Shown in pieces: positions 13,377 through 28,200 of a stretch of DNA of 64,000 nucleotides. The stretch lies in the NCBI GenBank assembly GCA_963575745.1, contig CAUYUJ010000093.1, forward strand, positions 1 to 64,000, in the 5' to 3' direction. Every line of letters begins with the position of its first letter. Position 1 is the stretch's first letter. A model generated the notes under the pieces. The model did no database searches. It worked only from the letters and a program-made list of their open reading frames with translations, and was not told the DNA's origin. The DNA is from Prorocentrum cordatum (Eukaryota). A program made the translations under genes and the position numbers.

Positions 13377-14112
13377 CTCATCTGCTCACATGGTCTTCTG
13401 TCCCCCCTTCCGTGCCCTCAGGGAGGCGGGGGGAGAGCCGAAAAGGAGGAGGAGAGAGGACAAGGAAGAGCACGAGGGGAAAGGAGGTTGCAGTGGAGAA
13501 GGAGTTAAAGGAGGAAACGAAGAGAAGGATGAGGGGGTGAAGGAGGAGGGGGAGGATACGAAGGAGAAAGGGGTGGAGGATGGCGGCGACGGAATTGGGT
13601 GGATGAAGAGTAACAAGTGTGGGTCTAGAGGAGGAGAGGAGGAGGAAAAGAAGAGGAGGAGGAGCAGAGAGGGGGAGAGGGGGGGCGCAGAGGGAGGGAA
13701 GAAGAGGGAGGTGAGGGGGAGAACCGAGGACGACAATAAGGCGAGGAGTAGGGACAGGGGGAGGAGGAGGTGGAGGAGCAGCAGCAACATGATGCAGCGG
13801 AGGATCAACACCGAAGCGTCGCAATCCCACCAGCCCTCTGGGCACAAGTGGTCTAACGAAATTCCTCTTCCCTATTCCAAAAAAAAACTCTCTCCCCCTA
13901 CGAGGAGGGGTTCATCATTGTTCCCTATTAATATACACCCCCTCCCCCGGGCGACTGGGAGCCAACCCGAGACCACGCGCCACCCCCCCACCACCACCAC
14001 CCCTTGCAAAAAAACAATGTGCAACACACTCTGCCTCCAAATTCGGAGCATGCGCAGCGAACCCGATGCGGCCTCCACCCATCATCCCTGCCAACAAAAT
14101 ACAAAATACACT

Positions 14113-14376
14113 TGGCGGCGGCGGCGGCTGCGGCGGCTGCGGCGGGGGCAGCGGCTGCGGCGGCTGCGGCGGCGGTGGCGGCGGTGGCGGCGGCGGCGGC
14201 GGCGGCGACGGCGGGGCGGCGGCGGCGGCTGCGGCGGCGGCGATTCGGCAGCGGGGCGGCGGCCGCGGCGGCGGCGGCGGCGGCGGCAGGCGGCGCGTCG
14301 GCGGCGGACAGCGGCGGCGGCGGCGGCGGCGGGCGGCGGCGGCAGCGGCGGAGGCGGCGGCGGCGGCGGCGGCGGA
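14113..14376. repeat. (GCG)n microsatellite
   Basis: Read directly. Confidence 0.95.
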
Positions 14377-15516
14377 GTCGCCCCCAGTAGCTGCCCATCC
14401 AAAGACGACTGCTGGATATGCTGCGGCTCCGGCCAGGCTCGGGTGCTACGTATGTGTTGGGAGGGCGGGAGGGAATGAGCGAGACGGCTTGCGGGCGGGG
14501 AGGGCGTCTTGACCCCTCCCCCATACCCCTCCCCTGGACTTTTGTGAGGGGGTTCCGCGAGGTGTCAGGGCGTACGGCCTCGGCGAAGAAGCCCAAATCA
14601 CTGGTTTTACTAAGGTGTTGGCCCCATGTTGGCCTCTATGGGGGGGGACCGAACGTTACACCATCTCCTCCTTTGATCGATGGCCTTCAGGATGGCCCCA
14701 AGAGGCCTTCCAGGGCTCCCAAGAGGGCCCCAAGAGAGCCCCAAGAGGGCCCCAAGAGGGCCCCAAGACCTCTAAAACAGCCCCAAGAGAGCTCCAATAA
14801 CCTCCCAAAGAGCCCCAGGAGAGCTCCAAGAGGCGATGTTGAGGGCTCCTGAGAAGGGGCCGAAATCGAAGACCCCCCATCTTTTGATCGATGCTCTCCT
14901 GGATGGCCCCAACAGGCCTTCCAGGGCACCAGCCGCAGCACCAGCAGAGGCAGCAACAACCTCAGCAGCACCACCAGCAGCAGCACCAGCTGATGGCTGA
15001 GAAATCCCACCAGCCCCTTGGGCGACAGGTGGTCTGAGGTAGAATGAGGAAAACATAAAGCGGAAGCACTCCTCCTCCTCTTCCTCCTCCTCCTCTTCCC
15101 CTCGCCCCCTAGCGGCCCCCAGGGATGGCCCGAGGAGGCCTTCCAAGGCCACCCCCTTGCTCCCAAAGATCTCTCGGTTCATCCTGGTTGCTCGCTTTGT
15201 TTCCCTAGATGTGTCCCTTCGTTCCTTTTCCCGTCAGCTCTCGTGGGCAGGGTTTCTGAATGGGCTGGTGGGGATACGCGAAGCGTGAAGAATTGCGGAG
15301 ATGGGTGTATTGTGAAGCGCCGCTCCGCCGAGGCAACTGACCAGCTGAGGGACAAGCCGAACAGGAAGAGGCGTCGCTGTCGTTGCACAAATGCACGAAG
15401 CATTCCACATGGAAACCAAAAAAACTATAACGCTGGTACGCTGAGTCTTGCGACAGCAGCAATTCCAAACGGAGGGCTCAAGCTTGACTGGAGACAGACC
15501 CCCCAGGAGTCGCAGC

Positions 15517-15629
15517 CTGTCCTTCTTGACGTTGTGAACCGGGACAGTCGCACGACAGGTCGGAAAGTCGACAACGATCTTCGTGTCGTCCTTCTTGCTG
15601 TACCCTCTCACCTTGCCCATGGTGCCGAC
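15517..15629 (-). CDS. Putative host exon (small beta-barrel, SH3/KOW-like fragment)
   Basis: CAG|G acceptor, AG|GC donor; VGTMGKVRGYSKKDDTKIVVDFPTCRATVPVHNVKKD has protein-like composition. Confidence 0.35.
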
Positions 15630-15823
15630 CTGGTTCGGCGCAAAGCAGGAGGAAAAAGCAAGAGCTAGAACAGGCTCAGGGGGTAGCGACATGCATGGGA
15701 GCCACAAGATGTCTGCGCACGACTGTGTCCGACTCGTCCTACCGATACGTGAAGCGGACCCCTCCCCCCTCATTCCTCCCCAACCCCTGCTTACCCCTGT
15801 CCTCCTCCTCCTCCTCCTCCTCC

Positions 15824-15882
<59 letters not shown>

Positions 15883-16206
15883 AGCATCATCATCATCAGC
15901 ATCATCATCGCCAGCACCACCACCATCATCGTCATCAGCAGCAGCATCAGCATCAGCATCATCATCGTCATCAGCATCAGGGTGTTTTGGCCGGCGAGGT
16001 CCAGGGAGCAGCGGCATCGGTGCCTTGTCTTGTGGATGCCATGACTTTCAAATGTGTAGAGCATGCCCTAAAAACGTCTCGAACATGTTTTTACAGCTTC
16101 AGAACATGCTTGAAACATGTCCTAGACATCTGGAAATTATTTGGCAGCATGCTTCGTCTCCGTTAATCGACTTCCACAAGCCTTGTCCTCCTCCGCCTAG
16201 CGTTAC

Positions 16207-16543
16207 GTCGGGCCTGTCCCCCGACAGGGGGATTTTCGACGAAAAATAAAAAATATCCAAAAAAAAAAAAATAACAAAAAAATAGCCCAAAAATAGTCTG
16301 GGGACTATTCTTTGAGTATGTCATGACCTTTTTGGGGCATTTTGGGGGTATTTTTTATTCTTCGTCGATAATCTTGGGGGTATTTTGGTGGCATTTTGGG
16401 GGCATTTGGGGGGTGTTTTGGGAGTATTTTGGGGGGCATCTGGGGTTTTGTAAGGTTTTTTTTGGGGGGGGGCCATGTTGAGGGTATTTTGAAAATATTT
16501 GTGATTCTTCGTCGACAATCCCCCTGTAGGGCACACGCCCGAC
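16207..16543. mobile_element. MITE-like element, family F
   Basis: ~35-40-bp TIR GTCGGGC(C/G)TGTCCCC..ACAGGGGGATTTTC.ACGAA with AT-rich interior; second copy in opposite orientation at 22149-22340. Confidence 0.7.
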
Positions 16544-17329
16544 AGAAGCCTCGCGGGCCCTGGAGGCGCCCGGGCCCCCGGGCAACGCCTTCGCCCCTCC
16601 GCGGGCCCATCCGGGCGCTCCTCCGCGGGCCCCTCCGGGGGGGGCCTTCTCAGACTCTAGGTTTTCTGAGCCTTCCCCGGAGACACAGAAAACGGGCGGA
16701 GGGGAAGTGAAAAGGGGCGGGCCTTCTCAGAAGGCTTGGAAGTCCCCCGGTCTTCTGAGAGAGTTGCTGAGCCTTTCCCAGAGACACACAAAACGGGCGG
16801 TGGGGAGATAAGAAGGGGCGGCCCTTCTCAAAGGCTCGGAAGTCCCCCGCCTGGCCTTCTGAGAGGTTTTCTGAGCCATCCCCGGAATACCTTTCAGCAG
16901 GCAGCGGGGCTTCTGAGAAGCCCTGCCGCCTTCTGAGAAGGCCTTCTTATTCTTCTCACTTCCCCCCCTCGCTCGCTGCCGATGTTTGGAGGAAAGAAGA
17001 TCGGGCATCCCAACGACATGATGTCCCGAATGATGAAACGATGGCGCTGGGAGATGGTATCCCACGTCTTGGCGCAAATAATGAAATCACGGTGATCATC
17101 CCGAGGCACTGGACACCCTGGTTGGCGCAAGGATGCCCCGATCGGTGGGCGGTTGCCCTGTTTTCACGATCAAGCGCCGGGGATGAGAACTGCCAGCTTC
17201 CCAGCTGATGGAAGGGGGCTTCACCGTGCCAGATCATGCCGAACATCAACAAAGACAGGAAAACAATGTATGTGTGGGTGTGAGAGAGAGTGGTAGTCGC
17301 AGAGATGTGCTCTCCTGGTGTTTCTCCTC

Positions 17330-18940
<1,611 letters not shown>

Positions 18941-21900
18941 TTCCACCTCGGTGACTCGATAATGCGGACAGTGTCGAGCAATCGCCCCGATGCCTTCGAT
19001 GGCCTCCCCCAGCCGGTGCTTGGGGGAGGGCAGAAGAAAATCAAGAGGCAAAGAGAGAGACGCAAGAAAGACGGATGGTCACGGTTGGAGGAGCGGGAGA
19101 GGAGGCGGGGAAAGGCCAGGGGCGCCTGTCCGCCGGCTCCCTCCAACTCGTCACCCTCCTCCTCCTCCTCCTCTTCCTCCTCCTCCTCCTGAATCCTCCT
19201 GCATCGTACTCCCTCCCCCTGCTAATCCTCTGCCTCCTCCTAGATGGCAAGGCCATGCACGGCTTCAGGGCCTCCACGGTCCCTGTGCGCAGCGTCAAAG
19301 CGGTCTTGGCGCCAGGCTCTCCGACTCCCATGAACTCCACCGTGTCGCCACGAAGAAGTGTCACCGACTTCGCAGGGCAAGCGGATGGAGAGGAGGGGCA
19401 GGAGATAGGAGAAGCAGCAGCAGCAGGAGGAACACGAATACGAAGATGAAGGACACTGGGAGAGGTACGCATCCATCTGACCCCTCCACCTCCTCCACGA
19501 ACCCGCCGACAGACCAGCCAGCCATCCAATCCGCCAGCCAGCCATCATGCCAATTACACAGCCAACATACCAACCACCCATCCATCTGAATTGCCAACCT
19601 GTCCAGCAATCAGCCAATTAACCTGCCAGCGCAGCCCTTCAGGCAATCAAGAGGCAGGCAGCAGCGAGGGGCGTTACCATTCAGCTACTCCGCATTCGGC
19701 CTCGATAATCCATCGAACGGTTTTGCTGAGGGAGAAGGTGGCAGCAGACAGCAAGAATCACCTGAGGGGAGGACATGCAGGCGTGTATGAACGCTGCACG
19801 GTAACAACAACACCATAGCGTCCATTAGGAAATAGAGAGAGAAGGGGGCAGGAGGAGGAAGAGGAAGAAGGAAGAGGAGGAGACGAGGAGTGGGGAGAAC
19901 TGACCAAGTCCCTGTGGGTCATCGCGAACCGACTCTGGTGCACCTGGGCGCCCCCTGACCATAACCAGCTGTGCTCCAGGGCGTCGCGCTTTTTGGCGAT
20001 GCAGTACAATCATAGGAAAAACGGTGACCAATCAAAAGTGAACGTAGTGCATGCACAGCACTGGTGGCAGCGATGATCCTGTGAAAGGCCGATTAGGCTC
20101 CCTGCCCTCTGCGTAAGCTGAAGCCCCTCCCAGCCCTTTGGGAGTAGGTGGTTTAAGACGCTTCCTCTTCCAACCTCCTTCCCCTTCGGGGAGAGGTTTA
20201 CCTTGCCCTCATCGCGAGGGATTGGAGTGTCCAAGATGACCCAAGATGGCCTCAAGAGGGTCTCATATAGCCCCAGGCGGCCTCCAAGATCGCACAATAC
20301 TGCCCCAGATGGCTCGAGATAACTCCTGATATGCCTACATGAAGCGCCGTGACAGCCCCAAGACGGCTCCAAGTGGCCACGGAGCCCATTATTTGATTCT
20401 CGCCGTTTCGCTTCCAACTGGGGTTTCAGGATGGCTCCAAAATGGCCCAAGAGAGCCCCAATACCCCAATAGGGGCCCAGGACTGCCCCAAGAGCGCCCA
20501 AGAACGCCGCAAGAGCGCCCCAAGAGGGCCCCGAGGAGCCATGTTTGGGCCCCTGGCGGGGGGGGGTGACATTAAGAACACCCCTTTCTTCCATCAATGG
20601 CGCAAGCGGACCACGAGGGCCCCAGGAGGGGCCAGGGGGATGACGAACTGGTACTGTGAGCCCGGCACCCCTTCGTAAGATGACCCCCGAGACCGCCAGC
20701 AGGCCCCCAAGAGGCCCCGACGAGGCCCCGAGCACCCCCCACGAGGCCCAAAAGAGGCCCCAAAGAAGCACCCAAGAAGCCCTAAGATGTTGAAGCTGCA
20801 TCCAAGAGGCAACCGAGAAGCATCCCACGAGACCCTTAACATGCATCCAGGAGGCCTCCGACGGACAACCTGGACAATGTGGCGAGATGGGCCGAAGACC
20901 ACCAGACATGTGGGCCCTGCCGGGGGGGGCGAGTACATCCAGATCTACCGCGTCCTATACGGCGCATAGATTTGCCCTTGCTTGGACATCCATTCCCCGA
21001 GCATTTCGGTTTCGTGGGTGATTTGTTGCCAGATGATCCAGGATGTTCCTCGATGGTCCCCTCCGAGAAAAAATGCACACGTCCGAGCGATACCAAGTAT
21101 ATGGATAAACCCCAGCATCGGAGCAAGGGGTTCCCTGCACGCCATGAAAAGCCGCCGCCCGCGACGGGAGAACGCACGTCGGAGCTGCATCGGGACCTCG
21201 GAGCAGTGCCGTGGTCGCCCTGCTGCCCTCCGCTAGAGGTCAGTTTAAGCGCGCTGCGTCGTGCTCAGCTGACTCGGCGCGCGACCTTCGCGCTGCGGGA
21301 AATGCCTGGATACGGCGGCGGAGAGGGGGGGAGAAGTGTTGGCGGCACGCAGAAAGGGGGTAGGGGGAGGGGGCATGCTTCTTAGTAGAAGGGGCCCGCT
21401 GCTTACAAGGCGCGGGCCTTGTATCTACAGACAAGGCCCGCGCCTTCTAAGAAGCAGCGGTGTTTCTAAGAAGCCCGCCCCCTTCCCCCTGCCCCACTCT
21501 CTGCGCGTAGCCGACAGTGAGAAGGAGAAGGCCTTCTCAGAAATCGGCCAGACTTCTCAGAAGCCCTCGCGCCTGCTGAGAAGCGTTCTGCATCTTCGAA
21601 GATAACTTACGAAACTTCTGAGAAAGCCTGGGGACGTCCGAGCCTTCTAAGAAAGCCTGCCCCTTCTCACTTCCCCTGGGCTCGCCGCCGACGTGAACCA
21701 AGGATACCGAACGAGAGCTGTAACATATGCCGTCGGCGAGATGAGTGCACTAATTAGCTCCCTACAGGAGCTGGCTGGAGGACGAGGGGAGGAAGGGAAG
21801 AAGGATGCGGAAGAAACGAGCAACTGGCCTGCAACAGCGCGCCGGCCAACCTGCATGGGCGAGCCGATACACGACAAGGCCTCACCTTTCTGCAAGCGGT

Positions 21901-21946
21901 CGGCTGTCAGGTAGTGCCGGCATTGGTTACCGTGCTATATATATAC

Positions 21947-22001
<55 letters not shown>

Positions 22002-22444
22002 CAGCGAACCCGTGAAAGAATGACGCACGATGAGGGTGCGAGGGCCTTGGAAGGCCACGCCGGCACTTCGCGAGCGGGGCGAGGCCAGCGGAAGCGGCCA
22101 AGGACGGGCCGACGGGGAGGAGGCGAAGGAGGCAGGGGCAACCTTTATGTCGGGCGTGTCCCCCTACAGGGGGATTTTCTACGAAAAATCAAAAAAAAAA
22201 AAATACTCAAAAAATACCCCAAGAAGGCAAACAAAAAAAAAAAAAATAGTCCCCAGACTACTTTTGGACTATTGTTTGGATATCTTTGGGGTATGTTTTA
22301 TGTTTCGTCGAAAATCCCCCTGTAGGGGGACAGGCCCGACTTAGGGCAACCTTGGAAGACCGCTCCGCCTTACCACTGCGCGGGCTGACGGGAGGTCGCC
22401 CGCCTACGCGCGCACACCGCGCCCCCATCAGTCCATGTCCGTCT

Positions 22445-23060
22445 CCACCTCCTCCTCCTCCTCCTCCTCCTCCTCCTCCTCCTCCTCCTCCTCCTCCTCC
22501 TCCTCCTCCTCCTCTCCTCCTCCTCCTCCTCTCCTCCTCCTCCTCCTCCTCCTCCTCCCTCCTCCTCCTCCTCCTCGCCTCCTCCTCCTCCTCCCCCTCC
22601 TCCTCCTCCTCCTCCTCCTCCTCCTCCGCCTCCTCCTCCTCCTCCTCCTCCTCCTCCTCCCCATTGCGCGGGCCGACGGGAGGTCGCCGGCTAGCGCGCG
22701 CGCACGATCGCGCCCCCCTCGATGCGCGCCGCGCGGCCCTCCCCCTCGCGCCCCCCGTCGGGCCCTGCCTCGAGCCCCCGATGCCGCCCCCCGGGAGCCC
22801 ACCAGGGACGTGCGCGCCCAACCGCGCACATGCACACGGAGGAGGAGGAGGAGAAGGAGGAGGAGGAGGAGGGGGAGGATGAGGATGAGAGGGGAGGAGG
22901 AGGAGGAGGAGGAGGAGGAGGAGGAGGAGGAGGAGGAGGAGGAGGAGGAGGAGGAGGGAGGAGGAGGAGATGGAGGAGGATGGGGAGGAGAAGGAGGAGG
23001 AGGAGGAGGGGGAGGATGAGGATGAGGATGAGCATGAGGAAGAAGATGAGGAGGAGGAGG
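22445..23060. repeat. (TCC)n tract followed by complementary (GGA)n tract
   Basis: TCC repeats 22445-22660, GGA repeats 22838-23060. Confidence 0.9.
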
Positions 23061-25265
23061 AGACCCCGCAGGCCGCGAGATCAGCCTCGTGAGGCGAACG
23101 TTCGCACCGATGCGTGCTCTCGAGACCGACGTGGACTCGTGCACGCGAGCGTCCTCCTTTCGCTGCTTGAGTGGGGGCCCTGGGTCGTGCGAGGGTGCGG
23201 CGTGCGTGGGCGTGGCCCGCTCACTCGCCTCGGGCTGGCTGGCGGCTCGGCTCCTGCTCCCGCTGCGGCCCTCACAGCCCCACCGATCGTCGCTCTCCAC
23301 ACGGCGCCCTGGCACGACAGGGCAGAGCCAGCTGGGCGACGAAGCCCATGGGTCAGACGCGAGACGACACAGCGACCTCAAGCGGCGGCTCACGCGGGCC
23401 GCCAGCGCGGCACGCGACACCGGAAGCGAGGGCGCGCACGCGCGACCTTGCGCGGACAAGGGTACGCGCCAGCGTCGGTGCAGACGACCCTGTTTGTCTG
23501 CGTCTCAGTGGTCCATGTCCGCCTCCTCCTCCTCTTCCTCCTCCTCCTCCTCCTCTTCCTCCTCCTCCTCCTCCTCCTCCTCCTCCTCCTCCTCCTCTAT
23601 AGACCTCTGCTCATCGCATCCGTAGAGCAACCACCGCCACCATCGTCATCACCATTACCGCCAGGCTGACTGTGAATCTTACACTGGCATCGCGATGCGC
23701 TACGAACAGCTTCTGAGCCTGCCTGTGATTCCCGAGCTTCCTGGCGTCCTCCCAGGGTCGCCTCCGTGTTCAGACCAGGGATCCACTCGTCAACGGCGCC
23801 GGACAGGGTGGCCAGGAGGATTTGCAGCCCCATAAACCGAAGAAAGGGGGAGGAGGACCACGAAAAATACGAGCACGTCAAAAGAACTATTGACTCAACG
23901 GGTCATGCTGATTACCTTCCGCGCCATGACTGGACAGCGTTGGCATGCATGATTTTGCGACGCACGTCAATCATGTGAACAAGCTGGCATCACCTGCAAG
24001 CGCACCTGCGCTAAGATGCAATATTTCCTCCGACGCTGCCAACTGTTGCCTGCTTCTCCTCCTGCTCCACTTCCGCAACTGTATCCGCCTCCCCTTGCTC
24101 CTCAAAACCGTGATACCTATCCCTGTCCACAGGGACCCAAGGCTCTTTCACGCCACCAGCCTACCGGCTCCAGGTGGGGACAAGTGCCAAAGAACCCAAC
24201 GGCAACGGCACCTAGCCCACCCAGGGGGCCAGGTCGGCTGGCGGGCAAAACGTGTACCCACTGGGGACCGGGATTGGACTGTCGATGCTGACCTCTGTTC
24301 CGACCCTGAGGGAAACGAGAGGGGGGACAGGTCATGGAGGAACGCAAGGAACTTGAATCGGCAAAACATCGCCGATAGAGCTACAACCGACTCCTGAAGG
24401 CAAAACTGTACGGTCCTAGTCAAGAAATGACGTCGAGCCCGCATCGGCGATAAAATGGCGATCGGGGGGTCGATGCGGACGCGGTGGATATCGGTCGTAG
24501 ATTCTGCCCAACAGAATCTAGCTGGTCAAAGCGCCTGAGCAAACAGATTTACAGAAAGAACGGTAAGGAACTAGCAGGTGCAGCAGCAGGGCGATCCAAC
24601 CATATATGTCAATTTGCTTACGCAAGCTCCTCCACGCGTGCGCTGTACAGTTCTACGAATAAGCCCAAGAAGAGCAGCAAGTCGAACCGAGGACCTCGGG
24701 GGGAACACACAAAACCACATGGCCGATATGCCGAGCTCAAACACAGCCGAACAAACCACATGGCAGTGAAACTCTTCGAACATAAACAAATACCTTGCAG
24801 CGCGCCTACCCATAAGAACGGAAGAGGAAGAAGAGGAAGGTATCTTGCCTGGCTGCCAAAAGCGGGCAGCACAATACAACACATTGAGCCTGGCCGGGCT
24901 CCTGGCAGAGGCTGCGAGGCCTCGGGCGGTTAGGGCCGTCTCGCCCCGCACACGGAAGGCGGCCAAGGCGGCCGCTCAAAAAAAAAACTCGGACGGGGCC
25001 GTCGGTGGCCCAGGAGGCGAATGGAGGCCCACTTGCCTCTCGCATGAGAGAGAGGCTCGCTAAATGAACCTCTCAAATTGGCGGGCCTCTGCCCTCTGAA
25101 CACGATGACCTCTCCGGCCTCTCTCCGTCGGGACGTCCGGGCAGCGCGCGAAGCAGCTGCGCAACGACTCGTGGGCTGCGTGCTTACCACAGGTCGGCAG
25201 TACGTCCTGGCGTAGGCGGCCTCGCCCAAGTAATGATTCACGGGGTTGTGACGAAGTTTTTGCAC

Positions 25266-28200
25266 TCAGGTCGCATGGTTCACCGTCACCACGTCGCAGG
25301 CGCGCACTATCTTGAGCTCGGGAATCTGCTCGTCGGGGGCCTCGCCGTCGGATTCGGTCCTCGAGATCGTCTCGGTGGTCTCCATCAGCGGCAGCTGCTT
25401 GACACACGCAAGCATGCACGAACCCTTTTGGGCAGATGAGCCACTCCACGGCGCAAGGCTCCATGCGCAGGAGCTCGGCTCGTCGAGCGGGCACCCCAGC
25501 TCCTGCGAGCGCCGCAGTGGCCACGCCATGCCGCGGGTGGCCAGCGAGGCGAGCGTCAATATCAAGATGACAGTTTTGCCCTTGAGTTTCACGAACTTCG
25601 TCAAGAGCGCCACGAGCACGACCTTCGTCAACGCGTCTGCCACCATGGCGCGGGCTCGTCACCGATGCCACAAGTGCGCACGTCTCCCTGAGCATGCTCG
25701 CGACGACCCTGAGCCTCCTGTCCTGGACGACGCCGGCGTCCTTCTCGACGGTCACCTGCAGGCTCTCGCTGTCAGCTCGTCATCTTGAATTTCCCGGAGT
25801 AGGGCCGCGCCCTGGAGCTCGGGTGATTTGCCCATCATGGCCGCCAAGATGAACTCCGCAAGCACCTGCCTGCACCAATCGGCGCGCTCGAATGCCTCGC
25901 TGATCGCGCGGGCCTCGGCACCGAGGATGCTGCGCACGACCCGCTCGACTCGCCCCGAGCACCGCGCGAGCAGAACCACCGCGAGGGACTTTCCCCGGAC
26001 GACCTCCTGAAGCTCGCGGGCGAGGCCCCCTGCCAGGACGCATTGGCACTTCTCGCCCCCCCCCCCGGGCGATCGCGGAGGCCGAGTCTCCGTAGAATGC
26101 AACCTACGCTCGCAGCACCTGCGCGCGGCCTCGCACCACTCGAGCCAATAACGTAGAGCTCTGCTTACTCGAGAACCAACTTGTCGAGGCCTACCACGCC
26201 CGAGATCTCGCGCTTGCCGATCCCCGGGCCTCGATCGAGTAGCCACCCGTTGGACATGCCCGTCGGTGGCCCTGAAGCTGCCGATCTCCTCTGGCGTGCC
26301 CAGAAAGCTTACGTCGCCAACCTCCACGTCGATGATTTGCCCCACGCTGCGAACATGTCATCCACATGGGAGTAGACCACGAGAACGGTCTCCCCCTGCG
26401 CACCATGCAGTACCAACCCCATTTTCCAGCTTGCTCTCGTAGATCTGGGACTCCTGGAACACGGAACGCACGCAGAGGTGACAGGCCTGGCCAGCGCCCT
26501 GGCCCCGTAGATGCCCCCCTGGGCGAGGAAGAACCGACCTGGGCAAGCGCCTGGAGGCAGATTCTCCAGCGGCACATTGGCCATCGGGAACCCGTCGATG
26601 CCCTCGGCCAGGAGGCCCATCGTAGAAGACACATGCCCAGCCTGTTTGGGCGGCGAATCCTGTCTTGACCCAGGATGCGCCATGGCCCCCAGCGGGAGGG
26701 CCGTCGGGGATTTCGACGTCGCGCCCCCAGCAGTCTCGGATTACCTATCTTGCCTTGAATTCGTCAGCACCCTTGTCGGCGCGCGCCCACCTCGTGCAAA
26801 ATTCCTCGGGCTTGAGCCTCTGGCGCAGTAGCTACCGCATTCCTCCTGGTTAGCACATACCACTCGCCCCATTATGAAGCCATGGCGTTTCTCATCCTGA
26901 TTTGCCATGCGCCAGCCAGGCCCTCGCAGGCGACCTCCTTCACTTCCCCGCGACGTCGACGCGCCTGAAGTGAGTCAGGCAGCAAGTAAAGTACTCGAAA
27001 TCGACAGACTCCTTGAGCGCCAACTCCACGATGAGGCGCTCGTCGACGCGCTGCTTCTTGCTCGTCTGCTGGCTCGCGAGAATCGCCTGGACGCTGCGAG
27101 GCAAGTCGTCGACGCGATCGCGCCGTCGCCGGCGCCGCGGCGGCGTCGCCTCGGCCACGGACTTGGCGGGGCCAGGCATTGCCTCGTCCAAGACAGGGTC
27201 GCGCCCGAAGCCAGGCGAGCCCGAGGTCGAAGTCGCGGTTGCGGCCTGGTCAATCTTGCTGGCCCCACGGCGTCTCAGGCCCTCCCGGGGGTGCTCCTCC
27301 TTGGAGTCTGTTATGGGGGCGGCAACCTCCTCGGTCTCGTCGCAATCGGTGCTCGGCGCTGCCGTCGGCGACGACGGCGGCACGGACGCCTCAGCCTCCG
27401 CGCGAGGTCAGCGAGGTCTGGGCGGCGCGGGGACCTGCTGCTCCTCGGCGTAGATGCCAGCGCCAGCGTCAGCGTCGGCGTTCTGGACGTCCGTCGCCCG
27501 CGAGTTGGCCGACTCGCCCTCGGGCTCGGCGGGGGCCGGGGCAGGCCCCTCCTCGGCCAAGACGACGCGGGATCTAGGACGGGCTGGACGCTCGCCTGCG
27601 AATCGTCGCCCAAAGGTCGGACGGGCCCGCGGCGGATCCGGGATCTCCACTCCGCCGACGGCCACGTCGAAGTAGTCGTTCTCGGCGATAAACGCCGGGT
27701 CGCGTTCCAATGAACGCATTATTCTGGCAGCGCGCGTCGCAAATCTTTCGGCGAGCACTCCAGCATAGCATCGCGGTGGGAGACCCACGCGCCGCTGCGT
27801 TCGCAGCCGATGGCGACGCCCCGGGCCGTGCCTTTTCAAATCTCATATAAGCTTGGCCTCGTTGGCTCCGCCAGGAGATAACCTGCCCCCGATGTTGAAG
27901 TTGGGGCTGGAGGCCCGAGCAGCTCGGCCTCGGCCACTGGCTAGCACGGCGGCCGAGAGCCCCCCGTCGCACTCGACGGCATGGGCCGGGCCGGTCAGCC
28001 GACAGCGCGCCCGCGCGCTGCTGCAAGGTCGCACATTCTCGAGCTCGCCCAATAGAGGCGCGCATGGTTGGACTGGATGCCGCGCGGCGAGCAGCGCCCA
28101 GTTCGCGACGGCGCAGAGCCGCCCCACTACGCCAAGCACTGCGAAGTCAAGCTGGAATCCGTCAACGATGGCCTTCGCGATGTACCTCCACTCGCCGCCG

